NCBI GenBank assembly: GCA_026417135.1
Contig: JAOADV010000013.1
Span: 1,142-65,141 of the forward strand
Length of the DNA stretch: 64,000 bases
DNA from: Ignavibacteria bacterium
Lineage (GTDB): Bacteria; Bacteroidota; Ignavibacteria; Kapaibacteriales; UBA2268
Reading direction: 5' to 3'
In this document: one piece after another, positions 1 to 8,444 of the stretch
Layout of the letters: every line of letters begins with the position of its first letter
Position numbering within the stretch: position 1 is the first letter of the stretch
Notes under the pieces: model-generated
Database searches by the model: none
What the model saw: only the letters and a program-made list of their open reading frames with translations
Told to the model about the DNA's origin: nothing
Translations under genes and position numbers: made by a program

Positions 1-353
1 GTAGCGACTATATTTGTTTGTTCCTCGTAAAAAAGGGCGATTTTATCTCCAATTTTAATTTTCGATGCAGTTTCCTTATCGACTGAGATAGTGATTGGAA
101 TGGGCCAGAAAAGACCATTCATACTTACCAATGACATATCGGCACAGACGCTTTTCCAATCGTCGTAACCCATAAATCCTTTCAAAGGAGTATAGGCACC
201 GATGCCCATCATAATCAAATCGCCCATTTCGCGACTTGTGATTGGAATTTTAAGCAATTTTCTCGCTTCTTTTATCTCTTCTTCGAGCTCATTCCCTTGC
301 AATAGCAACTCTATTATGTTCGAAGAGCCGTGTGGTGAAATAAGTTTATCCAT
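1..353 (-). CDS. sat: sulfate adenylyltransferase (ATP sulfurylase), N-terminal ~117 codons; gene continues beyond window start
   Basis: Minus-strand translation from the ATG at 353..351 gives MDKLISPHGSSNIIELLLQGNELEEEIKEARKLLKIPITSREMGDLIMMGIGAYTPLKGFMGYDDWKSVCADMSLVSMNGLFWPIPITISVDKE... The motifs (LIxPHGG start, SPLxGFM, WPIPITL) are typical of the ATP-sulfurylase N-terminal domain. The ORF is absent from the supplied track because it is truncated at the edge. Confidence 0.7.
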   Translation of the reverse strand, partial: MDKLISPHGSSNIIELLLQGNELEEEIKEARKLLKIPITSREMGDLIMMGIGAYTPLKGFMGYDDWKSVCADMSLVSMNGLFWPIPITISVDKETASKIKIGDKIALFYEEQTNIVA

Positions 354-408
354 TGTCCCAAATCCAAATTTATTCTTAAAGCAATTTGGTGCTATAAATT
401 TTGCACGA

Positions 409-999
409 CTAACCCGAATTTGACATAGTATTTGTAATCTCGGTGATTTTCTTCGCCAACTCCTCTTTTGCTTTTTCAAGGTCGTCGTTTATCAGAACAA
501 AGTCGAACCTATCCTTTAGCTCCATCTCGGTGTTAATTCTGCTCAGTCTAATTTCAATATCATCGGTTGTTTCGGTGCCACGCTTGACAAGTCGTTCTTT
601 GATAGCATCTATCGAAGGTGGTGCAATAAAAATTAAAAATGATTCGCTCGGGTACTTTTGCTTAATCGACAAAGCACCTTTAACATCAATATCGAAAACT
701 ACAACTTTCCCCTCTTCGAGATTTTTATCCACTTGACTTTTTAAAGTTCCATAATAATTGTCGAAAATTTGCTCATACTCGATTAATTCATTGTTCTTCA
801 CAAGCTTTTCGAATTCATCTTTCGAAACGAAGAAGTAATCTTTCCCGTCCACTTCGTTTGGTCGGGGTTTTCGTGTAGTTGCCGAAATTGAGAACACAAA
901 ATTTGGAAAAACAGAAAGGATATGCCTTGCAAGAGTAGATTTGCCAGCGCCACTCGGTGCAGAAATTACAATTAACTGTTTACGTTTCTCCATTTTCAT
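409..999 (-). CDS. gmk: guanylate kinase
   Basis: P-loop ISAPSGAGKST, TTRKPRxxE, and the guanylate-kinase fold throughout. The likely start is the ATG at 999 (MKMEKRKQ...), just after the nusB stop at 980..982. The longer ORF reaching 1107 overlaps nusB and is probably an over-extension. Confidence 0.85.
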   Translation of the reverse strand: MKMEKRKQLIVISAPSGAGKSTLARHILSVFPNFVFSISATTRKPRPNEVDGKDYFFVSKDEFEKLVKNNELIEYEQIFDNYYGTLKSQVDKNLEEGKVVVFDIDVKGALSIKQKYPSESFLIFIAPPSIDAIKERLVKRGTETTDDIEIRLSRINTEMELKDRFDFVLINDDLEKAKEELAKKITEITNTMSNSG

Positions 1000-1555
1000 C
1001 GGCCTCTTTCGCTTTGATAATGCCTTCTTGTAATAATTTTTTATAGATTGTATCGAGAACGCCATTGACAAAAATACCGCTTTTTTCGGTCGAATATTCT
1101 TTTGCAATTTCGATAGCTTCGTTAATTACAACTTTTGGCGAATTTTCTGGAAAATGCAATAATTCGGCGATAGCCATTTCCAAAATAATTCTATCGACGT
1201 AGGTTATCCTTTCGAACTCCCAATTTTCAATAATATTCTTTATTGATTCGATTGCAAAAAGCTTAGTTTGCAAAGTAAATTGGAGCAATTTCCTTGCAAA
1301 TTCAATATCAGCGTCTTTCCACAATATAGGCACATCAGCTTCGAGTTCAGCAATCTCTTCCTTCGTGAGCAATTTGTCGCCAGCTGGCTCTTCTTCGTCG
1401 AATGTATATTCGCGAAAGAAAATTCTATCGAACAAGGTTTCGGGTGGTTCGCCGCTAATTTCGCTAGCAAACAAAACCTGTAGAAGTTTCCCGCGAAGCA
1501 TACTTCTTGTACCCTTTATTCTTTTTTTCTTACTAAGCGAAATATCGTCGTCCAT
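980..1555 (-). CDS. nusB: transcription antitermination factor NusB (with short N-terminal extension)
   Basis: The NusB family pattern runs over the C-terminal ~140 aa (LLQVLFASEISGE..., IDRIILEMAIAELLHFPE..., VVINEAIEIAKEY). The first ~20 aa are an unusual K/R-rich extension; the start may be the internal Met of MLRGK. Confidence 0.8.
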   Translation of the reverse strand: MDDDISLSKKKRIKGTRSMLRGKLLQVLFASEISGEPPETLFDRIFFREYTFDEEEPAGDKLLTKEEIAELEADVPILWKDADIEFARKLLQFTLQTKLFAIESIKNIIENWEFERITYVDRIILEMAIAELLHFPENSPKVVINEAIEIAKEYSTEKSGIFVNGVLDTIYKKLLQEGIIKAKEADENGET

Positions 1556-1689
1556 AGAAAATTTTACTTTACATTCAACTACATTCCAAATTTATAAAAA
1601 CCAATGTAATATTGGAAGAAAATAAAAGCAATATCATTAAAGAAATCGGAAACAAAGTTACATTAGAAACGAAACCAGCCCAAAGTAAA

Positions 1690-2200
1690 AATTTCAATTT
1701 TTCATTCAATCCCAATGCATCTCGCCCCGTTAGTATTAAATAGTAGCACGGGCTCCCCAGCCTGTGCAACTGAAGTAGCGACGGCATCCTTGCCGTTGGA
1801 AAAGGACAAAGTTATGCGAATTTATAAGTGCAAGGGCAATGTGCAAAAGCAAGTATGTTTTTGTTACTTTATTTTGTTACAAGGATTTAATGATTTCTAC
1901 TGTGCGGAGACTGAAGGTTATGATTTTCGTGATTAGTCGGAGAATATACTCTGGGTCGGGGCCGAAGACACTGTCGGGGCTTGGGGTTGGTTGTTTAAGA
2001 TACCACTATGGTTGTCGACTTTAACGCGAAACTGCTCGATAATCCATTCCAATGCAATTCGGTTGTCCTAGCGATGCTCGAAGGTTTCGGAATAAATACA
2101 CACAGGAGTAAGTAACTCGTTATAGATAGTACTGTGCCGGTCTTTCGAAAGATACATTTTTCCACACGCTAGTGGAGTTGTTTTCGGGACAACTATTCTC
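1690..2200. other. GC-elevated, ORF-poor noncoding stretch; candidate structured RNA or decayed remnant
   Basis: Local GC is clearly higher than the flanking AT-rich DNA. It contains several short stems (GTCGGGGC twice; the TCTTTCGAAAGA palindrome), and all six frames show only short ORFs with non-protein-like composition. It sits upstream of nusB. Confidence 0.2.
1744..1772 (+). repeat. GC-rich palindromic hairpin element, copy 1 (GCACGGGCT-CCCCA-GCCTGTGC + CAACTGAA)
   Basis: An 8-bp stem with one G-U pair. It is near-identical (about 25 of 27 nt) to the reverse complement of 11733..11760. Confidence 0.4.
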
Positions 2201-2609
2201 TGTAAAGATGATTGAAAATTTTGTATTCTCGATGAATTTCCCTTACTACTTGTTCAGAACATTTTTTAAAAAAGTTGTGACATTCAGAGTATTTATTTGG
2301 TAAACAAGTATCGATGATAAAGAAATACTTTTTCATAAAAAAATTCTTATTTAAATCAAAAATTATATTTATTAATTTCTTAAAATTTGTTATTTTGCAA
2401 TTTAATTTTTATACCATCAAAAATAAAATTAAACAATGCTTAAAAATATTTTTTATACTGGTTTCACATAGATATTAAGATAAGGCTTATAGTCTTTGAA
2501 CTAAGCTATCCAAAATAACTTTTACTCAAATATTTCTAATCTTAAGTGTAAAAGCTATGAAAATTTCAATTCTAAAAAATTTTTTTAAAACAAAAAAGGA
2601 GAAATAGAA

Positions 2610-4277
2610 ATGAAATCTATATATCATAATTTTATTACCTTTACAAAAATTCTTTTTACAATCTTTGTTTTTTCGCTTCCTTTTTACACTCTTAATTCTC
2701 AACCTTCTGGCTACTGTACGGTCTTTCCAGCAAATGTTCCTTCTAATTATAGTTACGTTTATCAATATTGTTATGGCGGCTTGTATTATGGTTATATAGT
2801 TAATGTTAAAATTATCGACTCTCAAACAAATTCCGTAGTTTTAAATTGGTCCACGGGGGATGATAATTGCTATACCTTCACTGGCCAACAAGCAAACTTA
2901 TTTCCAGGTAAGACCTATTTGCTTTATTTTTCCTTTTATATGCCATATTCTTGGTATTGTCAATATATTTTACAATATGGTTACAATAGTTACTGTTACG
3001 GTTTAGCTTGGCTTGACAGAAATATTAATGCCAGTTTCAGTGATGCAAATGAATTTCTCGGAGTCCAAACCTTATCACTTTCTAATTGGGATGCTCAAAA
3101 TTGTACTGGAACATATGGGCCATTTATTATCAACGTACCAACGAATCAACAAATTGGGCTAACCCGTCTTCGCGTTATGCATAATATGTTTGGACATTAC
3201 GGTCATCCTGGAAGCAATGGATGTCGTTTGTATTATGTTTATGATTATTCCCCTTATTATTATTATTATTATGGTTATGGTGAAGCTGAGGATTACATTA
3301 TCAATTTCACAGTGCCTGTAACTCTTTCCCCGACCGAGAATAAAGTGAAATGTGGAACTGCATACACAAGTTTTACAGCATCAACTTCAATTTCAGCAAT
3401 TCTTTTTGAATGGTTTAAAGATGCTGATTTAGTTCCCGATAATGGTAACGAAGTTTTGGTTCAATCATCGAGTTCAACAACTTTAGCTTTCACCAATGTT
3501 AATTACACAATGGAAGGCAATTATTACGTAAAGGCCCACTTCCCTGATGGAAGTTCAGCGAATAGTAACTACGCTAAACTTATTGTTTTCCCAAATCATC
3601 CTACATTGACACAAATTCTTAACAGAACAAACTCGTCTATTACACTTGGATGGTTTAACCCAAGCAATTGTATGTACGATGGTGTTCTTTTGGTATCATC
3701 ACTTCTCTCTAATTATGATGCAAGTATAGTCCCAATCGATGGTGTAACCTATAGTGCTTCAAGTAATTTTGGTAATCCTTCAAGTTTAATTGGCCCTAAT
3801 CATTACGTAGTTTTCAATGGGACTGGAACTTCTGCAACTACAACAAATTTACAATCTAATACATATTATAGGTTCCGATGGTTCACTTATAGAAACGGAA
3901 ATGTTTATAATCCAACATATTCAACAAGTTTTTCTTCTGGAAATCCAAGGACAGTAAAAACTAATCCAAGAGAAATAGTAGGGGAAGAAAATTTCGTTGT
4001 TGGAGAAGGAATGGAATTAGGAGATGTAATTCCCAACCCAGTTGTGAGCGACGAGCTTGAATTTCTTCTAATCACAAGTGAAAATGGCAACTACGAAGTA
4101 AAAATTTTATCTGCAAACGGTGTCGAAGAATTTCGAAACACCTTCTCATTATCTGCCGGCGAAAACATTCTTTCCATTAGTGGTGATGTAATTGCTGGTT
4201 TAGCTAGTGGCGTTTACATCCTTCAAATTAGTAATGGAATAGATATTTTGAATCGTCAGTTTGTTGTCATAAGGTAG
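2610..4277 (+). CDS. secreted protein with type IX secretion system C-terminal sorting domain (T9SS cargo); Tyr/Asn-rich
   Basis: N-terminal signal peptide (MKSIYHNFITFTKILFTIFVFSLPFYTLNS). The last ~80 aa (...NYEVKILSANGVEEFRNTFSLSAGENILSISGDVIAGLASGVYILQISNGIDILNRQFVVIR) have the Por/T9SS CTD pattern. It also has a low-complexity YYYYYYGYG tract. Confidence 0.6.
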   Translation: MKSIYHNFITFTKILFTIFVFSLPFYTLNSQPSGYCTVFPANVPSNYSYVYQYCYGGLYYGYIVNVKIIDSQTNSVVLNWSTGDDNCYTFTGQQANLFPGKTYLLYFSFYMPYSWYCQYILQYGYNSYCYGLAWLDRNINASFSDANEFLGVQTLSLSNWDAQNCTGTYGPFIINVPTNQQIGLTRLRVMHNMFGHYGHPGSNGCRLYYVYDYSPYYYYYYGYGEAEDYIINFTVPVTLSPTENKVKCGTAYTSFTASTSISAILFEWFKDADLVPDNGNEVLVQSSSSTTLAFTNVNYTMEGNYYVKAHFPDGSSANSNYAKLIVFPNHPTLTQILNRTNSSITLGWFNPSNCMYDGVLLVSSLLSNYDASIVPIDGVTYSASSNFGNPSSLIGPNHYVVFNGTGTSATTTNLQSNTYYRFRWFTYRNGNVYNPTYSTSFSSGNPRTVKTNPREIVGEENFVVGEGMELGDVIPNPVVSDELEFLLITSENGNYEVKILSANGVEEFRNTFSLSAGENILSISGDVIAGLASGVYILQISNGIDILNRQFVVIR

Positions 4278-4456
4278 TAGGGTTAGTTGATGTTATAAGA
4301 TAATGTTTTGAATTTGTTGTTCTGGGAACTTTCTCAAGTGGATTAATCTACACGCAATTTAGCGATTGTTTGATTTATAATTTTAACTGCCACTTGCCTT
4401 GTTACAATTTTGCAATACAACATCGTAACATAAATTCGAAGCTTAGCTAATAATCT

Positions 4457-4553
4457 ACCTCACCACCCGCCCCCCTCTACTTGAAAAGGAAAGGTGTGTG
4501 CCGTCCCGGTCTATCCCCGCCCTCTACTTGTGGAGAGGGGGCCAGGGGGGAGG
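4457..4553. other. C/G-rich inverted-repeat element with internal direct repeat (CGCCC..CTCTACTTG twice)
   Basis: ACCTCACCACCCGCCCCCCTCTAC ... GTGGAGAGGGGGCCAGGGGGGAGG can pair as a long stem enclosing ~50 nt. It is a GC island in AT-rich intergenic DNA downstream of the T9SS cargo gene. Confidence 0.3.
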
Positions 4554-4815
4554 AAAAGTTAAAGTAAAGTTGCTTTGATTTATCTCTAAAACAAATGTTA
4601 CGAGTTGCATTTTCTAAGTATTGGGATTTTTTCGTAGGAAATTTTGAGTTAAAATTTGAGAATTTTCATTTTGAACTTGTTTCTGCAAAGCGACTAAGAA
4701 AGACGGTTTCCTCTTTTGTTTACAATTTTAACATAAAATTTTGATTTTTTTAAGTAAAACATTAAATCTTAAATTCAGTTAGAATATTTCTATGGGTTTA
4801 ACAATTTCGAAGAAA

Positions 4816-5409
4816 TTAATTTGACAAATGCTCTTGTTTAAAAAGATTTTTGTATTGAATAATATAATTTAAAATTGTCCAAACTGAATAAAGTGTGATT
4901 AGCAATAAAAAGACAAAAGTAATCCAAGAGTAAATTATTTTATCGATAAGAGCAGCGGGGATTATATGGAAGTTATATTTAGCAAAGATTAGAACGAGGA
5001 TGTAGGCAATAAAAATCATTTGAGCTGTCGTCTTCATTTTTGCCTCTTTGGAAGTTTTAATCGGCGAGCCTTTTGCAAGCGCGATAATTCTTAAAATTGT
5101 TGAAAGCGTGTCGCGAAGAAGTATAATTGCAAACATCCAAATGGGCATAATGTTTAAATTAACAAAAGATAAAAAAGCAAAGGTTGTAAGGAACTTATCG
5201 GCAAGGGGGTCTATGAATTCACCAAAGCGAGTTGAGTATCCGAAACGACGCGCTGCCCATCCGTCGAGTATATCGGTCGATGCTGCAACGAAATAGAGAA
5301 TACAGGCAAGACTAACCGTGCTTTTATCGAAAGAAGTAAAGAGAACGTAGAAAAAAGGTGCAGAAAAAAGTCTAAAAAAACTTACAAGATTTGGGAGATT
5401 AAACTTCAT
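4816..5409 (-). CDS. CDP-alcohol phosphatidyltransferase (PgsA-like)
   Basis: The motif DILDGWAARRFGYSTRFGEFIDPLADK matches D-G-x2-A-R...G-x3-D-x3-D. It is a multi-TM protein, and the start is taken at the Met just after the tpiA stop. Confidence 0.7.
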   Translation of the reverse strand: MKFNLPNLVSFFRLFSAPFFYVLFTSFDKSTVSLACILYFVAASTDILDGWAARRFGYSTRFGEFIDPLADKFLTTFAFLSFVNLNIMPIWMFAIILLRDTLSTILRIIALAKGSPIKTSKEAKMKTTAQMIFIAYILVLIFAKYNFHIIPAALIDKIIYSWITFVFLLLITLYSVWTILNYIIQYKNLFKQEHLSN

Positions 5410-6181
5410 TAAGCTCAGTCGAAATTTTTTCAGCAATACTTATTATTTTGGTGAATTCGGTGAAATCCAGAGAGGCACCTCCTATAAGTCCACCATAAAC
5501 TTCGGGTAAGGAAAATATTTCGGTTGCGTTGTTTGAATTTAAACTACCACCATATAGAATTAAAATTTCTTCGCCCGAAACTTCAAACAAGTTTGCCAAA
5601 AGTGTTTTTATGAATTTGTGTGCTTCGTCGATTTGGTAAAGTTCGGCGGACACACCTGTTCCTATTGCCCAAACGGGTTCGTATGCAATAGTGATGCGAT
5701 TTATTTCCGTTTTTGAAATTCCTTTCAAACCTAAACGGATTTGCCTTTCAATTACATTAAAAGTAAGTCCGTCGTTGCGCTCTTGAAGTGTTTCGCCAAT
5801 GCAAAATATAGGTTTTAGACCAAATCGCGTAGCAGAAAGAATTTTTCTGTTTATCGTATTATCCGTTTCGGAAAAATAAGTTCTTCGTTCGGAATGACCA
5901 ATTATAACGTATTGGCAACCTATAGAGGCAATCATCGAAGGCGAAATTTCGCCAGTAAATGCACCTTTTTCTTCCCAATGGCAATTTTGAGCACCTAAGG
6001 ACAAACTACTTCCTTGTAATTTTTCTGATATAGGATAAAGACTTGTAAAAGGAGGGCAAATAATAATCTTGCTCGATGGATTATTCTCTTCCAGCCATTT
6101 TAGCAATAAATCAACGAATGCCAATGATTCACTTACATTTTTATTCATTTTCCAGTTGCCAGCGATTAAAAACTGTTTCAT
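5399..6181 (-). CDS. tpiA: triose-phosphate isomerase
   Basis: IAGNWKMN, the catalytic-loop region and AYEPVWAIGTG are present, with full-length TIM-barrel similarity. Confidence 0.9.
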   Translation of the reverse strand: MKQFLIAGNWKMNKNVSESLAFVDLLLKWLEENNPSSKIIICPPFTSLYPISEKLQGSSLSLGAQNCHWEEKGAFTGEISPSMIASIGCQYVIIGHSERRTYFSETDNTINRKILSATRFGLKPIFCIGETLQERNDGLTFNVIERQIRLGLKGISKTEINRITIAYEPVWAIGTGVSAELYQIDEAHKFIKTLLANLFEVSGEEILILYGGSLNSNNATEIFSLPEVYGGLIGGASLDFTEFTKIISIAEKISTELNEV

Positions 6182-6720
6182 CGTTTTACCCCACTTACGT
6201 TGAAGATTTTATAATTCGACAAGTTTAAGTCGGATTCAAATCCATATCCGCGAATTTCTTCGTCTGGGCTTATTATTTCAATATATTCATTTGAATATAG
6301 TCTTTGAGTTTTGTTTCTCCATTCAAGGAAAGAAGTTCGGAGGATTTTTTTTGGACTATCGGCGACAACAACAATTCTACCAAAAGCATACATATTTTTC
6401 GTTTTGTCGTCGATACGAGCACTATCTGCAGTCAAAATGCTTTGCCTTGAACCAGTTGGCTTAGAATAAAACTCTAAGCGAATGCTATCGTAAAGCATTG
6501 TTTCGCCTCGCTGATGAAATACCTTTGCCGTTTTTGCCCAGAGCCGAGCTCGGACAAATGAAGTGTCGATAAAATCGACAACAATATTATTTGCAACTTG
6601 GTCTGGGATAGTTTCTATTTTTTCCAAAAGTTTGCTGCTTTGAAAATCTTTTTCTTCGGCACTGCAATTTATCAAAAGTAAACAACTTGTTAAGATAGAA
6701 AATAAAATTCTCTTGCTCAT
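6178..6720 (-). CDS. lipoprotein, LptC-like periplasmic domain (tentative)
   Basis: Signal peptide with the lipobox LLINCS. It is ~180 aa and beta-rich like LptC/YrbK-family proteins, and it overlaps the tpiA start by 4 nt. Confidence 0.35.
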   Translation of the reverse strand: MSKRILFSILTSCLLLINCSAEEKDFQSSKLLEKIETIPDQVANNIVVDFIDTSFVRARLWAKTAKVFHQRGETMLYDSIRLEFYSKPTGSRQSILTADSARIDDKTKNMYAFGRIVVVADSPKKILRTSFLEWRNKTQRLYSNEYIEIISPDEEIRGYGFESDLNLSNYKIFNVSGVKR

Positions 6721-6788
6721 CAGTAGTAATGAATATGCAAACTTTAATTAATTTTAAATTTCAATTTAGTGATTTTTTAAAAAAGAAT

Positions 6789-7925
6789 ATGGCAAGAATA
6801 TTAGTTCTCGGTTGTGGGCTTGTCGGAAAAACAATTGTCAAAGATTTAGCAAAAACCTATCAAGTTGGAGTAGTGGATATCGATTTGCAAAATCTTAATC
6901 AAATTCAAAAATTTGTCGATGTCCAAACTTTTTTAGGTGATGCAACAGACAAATTATTTATTTCCCCTTTATTAAAAGATTATGATGTTGTTGTTTCGGC
7001 TGTCCCTGGTTCAATTGGATTTAAAGTTTTAAACCAACTAATTGAATTCGAGAAGAACGTCGTCGACATTTCATTTTTTCCCGAGAACCCTTTCGAGTTA
7101 GATGAAATTGCCAAAGCCAATTCTGTAACTGCTATTGTAGACTGTGGAGTAGCACCCGGATTAAGCAACATAATTGTTGGTTATCAAAATTCGAAAGACA
7201 AACTTGCAAGTGCTACAATTTACGTCGGTGGTTTACCTTTTGAAAGGGTGCTTCCATTTGAGTATAAAGCCCCGTTTTCACCATCCGACGTTATCGAAGA
7301 ATATTTGCGAGTTGCCAGAATAAAATCCGAAGGGAAAATTGTTCAAGTTCAGCCTTTGACTGAACTCGAACACATTTATTTTCCTAAAGTTGGGACACTC
7401 GAAGCGTTCCTAACCGACGGGCTTCGAACTTTGCTGTTCACTACAAATATTCCAAATTTAAAGGAAAAAACGCTCCGCTATCCGGGTTATGCCGAAAAAA
7501 TCAAGTTCTTAAAAGATTTAGGTTTTTTTGGAACTAAACCAGTTAAAACAAAGGTAGGCGAATATGTTCCTTTATACCTTACAGAATCCATTCTTACTCC
7601 GCTTTGGAAACTTACCCCAGCAGAAAATGAATTTACTGCGATGCGAGTGGTGATGAAGTCTTCGACTTCGGATAAAAACTATATTTACGAACTTTTCGAC
7701 CAAACAGATTTTGCAGAACAAAATAGTTCGATGGGACGAACAACTGGATTTGTAGCAACTGGTATTACAAATTTGCTTATACAAGGAGAAATACAGCAAA
7801 AAGGAATTGTCGCTCCAGAAACTTTAGGGGAAAATTCGAAAATGTTCGAATTTGTAGTAAATTACCTTCGTAATCGAGGTATTGAATTAAAATACAACGA
7901 GGACTACCTTGGAACAAACATTTGA
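6789..7925 (+). CDS. saccharopine dehydrogenase family NAD(P)-binding oxidoreductase
   Basis: N-terminal Rossmann motif MARILVLGCGLVGKTIV, and Sacchrp_dh-like organisation over the full length. The start is moved to the ATG at 6789. Confidence 0.7.
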   Translation: MARILVLGCGLVGKTIVKDLAKTYQVGVVDIDLQNLNQIQKFVDVQTFLGDATDKLFISPLLKDYDVVVSAVPGSIGFKVLNQLIEFEKNVVDISFFPENPFELDEIAKANSVTAIVDCGVAPGLSNIIVGYQNSKDKLASATIYVGGLPFERVLPFEYKAPFSPSDVIEEYLRVARIKSEGKIVQVQPLTELEHIYFPKVGTLEAFLTDGLRTLLFTTNIPNLKEKTLRYPGYAEKIKFLKDLGFFGTKPVKTKVGEYVPLYLTESILTPLWKLTPAENEFTAMRVVMKSSTSDKNYIYELFDQTDFAEQNSSMGRTTGFVATGITNLLIQGEIQQKGIVAPETLGENSKMFEFVVNYLRNRGIELKYNEDYLGTNI

Positions 7926-8118
7926 AAGCAAATTAAAGCGATTGCAAGAAATCGTCGGGTTACTTGAATCGGGGAATGTAACGCTCGAAGAGTCCTTAAA
8001 TCTTTACGAAGAAGGTATGAAACTTGCCTCAGAGCTTAAAAAAGTGCTCGACGATGCCGAGTTGAAAATCATCCGACTTAACGAAAATTTTTCGAATTCG
8101 AATATGAACCAAGCCTAA
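7909..8118 (+). CDS. xseB: exodeoxyribonuclease VII small subunit
   Basis: FESKLKRLQEIVGLLESGNVTLEESLNLYEEGMKLASELKKVLDDAELKI is the canonical XseB helical pattern. It has a TTG start that overlaps the upstream gene end. Confidence 0.75.
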   Translation: MEQTFESKLKRLQEIVGLLESGNVTLEESLNLYEEGMKLASELKKVLDDAELKIIRLNENFSNSNMNQA

Positions 8119-8444
8119 AACTTTCGAGTTTTCGATTTCTTTACAAGTTTATGGAAAATTTTTAATAAAATACATTTAACTTTCAAGAAATAAATCATTT
8201 GTCGGCGTCAATACTTCGATTGAAATTTTCGTGAAAATATCTAAAAGATAATCCAAAATTCTATGCTATAAATTTCCTACATTTCGATTAACAGGTAGAG
8301 TTTTATGGGATTTGGACTTTAAAAAGGACGAAAGGCAAAAAATTACTTGCAAAGGAGGAAGCTTATGCTAACTCTCGGTTTTATTTTCTTTACCTTTTCG
8401 AAAATCCATAATTTTAAAATTTTATTTGGCAAGGTTTTGAGATT

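Noticed and set aside
202-423. 73-aa plus-strand ORF at the window start
   Set aside because: It is antisense shadow of the truncated sat gene (1..353, minus), which has a strong family match.
1240-1625. Three small ORFs (76, 71, 86 aa) overlapping nusB
   Set aside because: They are alternative-frame or antisense shadows of nusB, with no motifs.
1690-2200. Tried to assign the GC-rich island to RNase P RNA, tmRNA, SRP RNA, 6S RNA, or TPP/cobalamin/glmS riboswitches
   Set aside because: None of the hallmark consensus stretches is present on either strand. These are GGAAAGUCCGGGCUCC and ACAGAACCCGGCUUA for RNase P; a tag ORF ending ..YALAA* for tmRNA; AGGUCAGG..GGAAGCAGCC for SRP; CUGAGA/GGGGUGC for TPP. 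It is kept only as an unclassified candidate.
3241-3290. TAT/TAC-rich tandem-repeat-looking DNA
   Set aside because: It is simply the coding sequence of the poly-Tyr tract (YYYYYYGYG) inside the T9SS cargo ORF, not a noncoding microsatellite or CRISPR.
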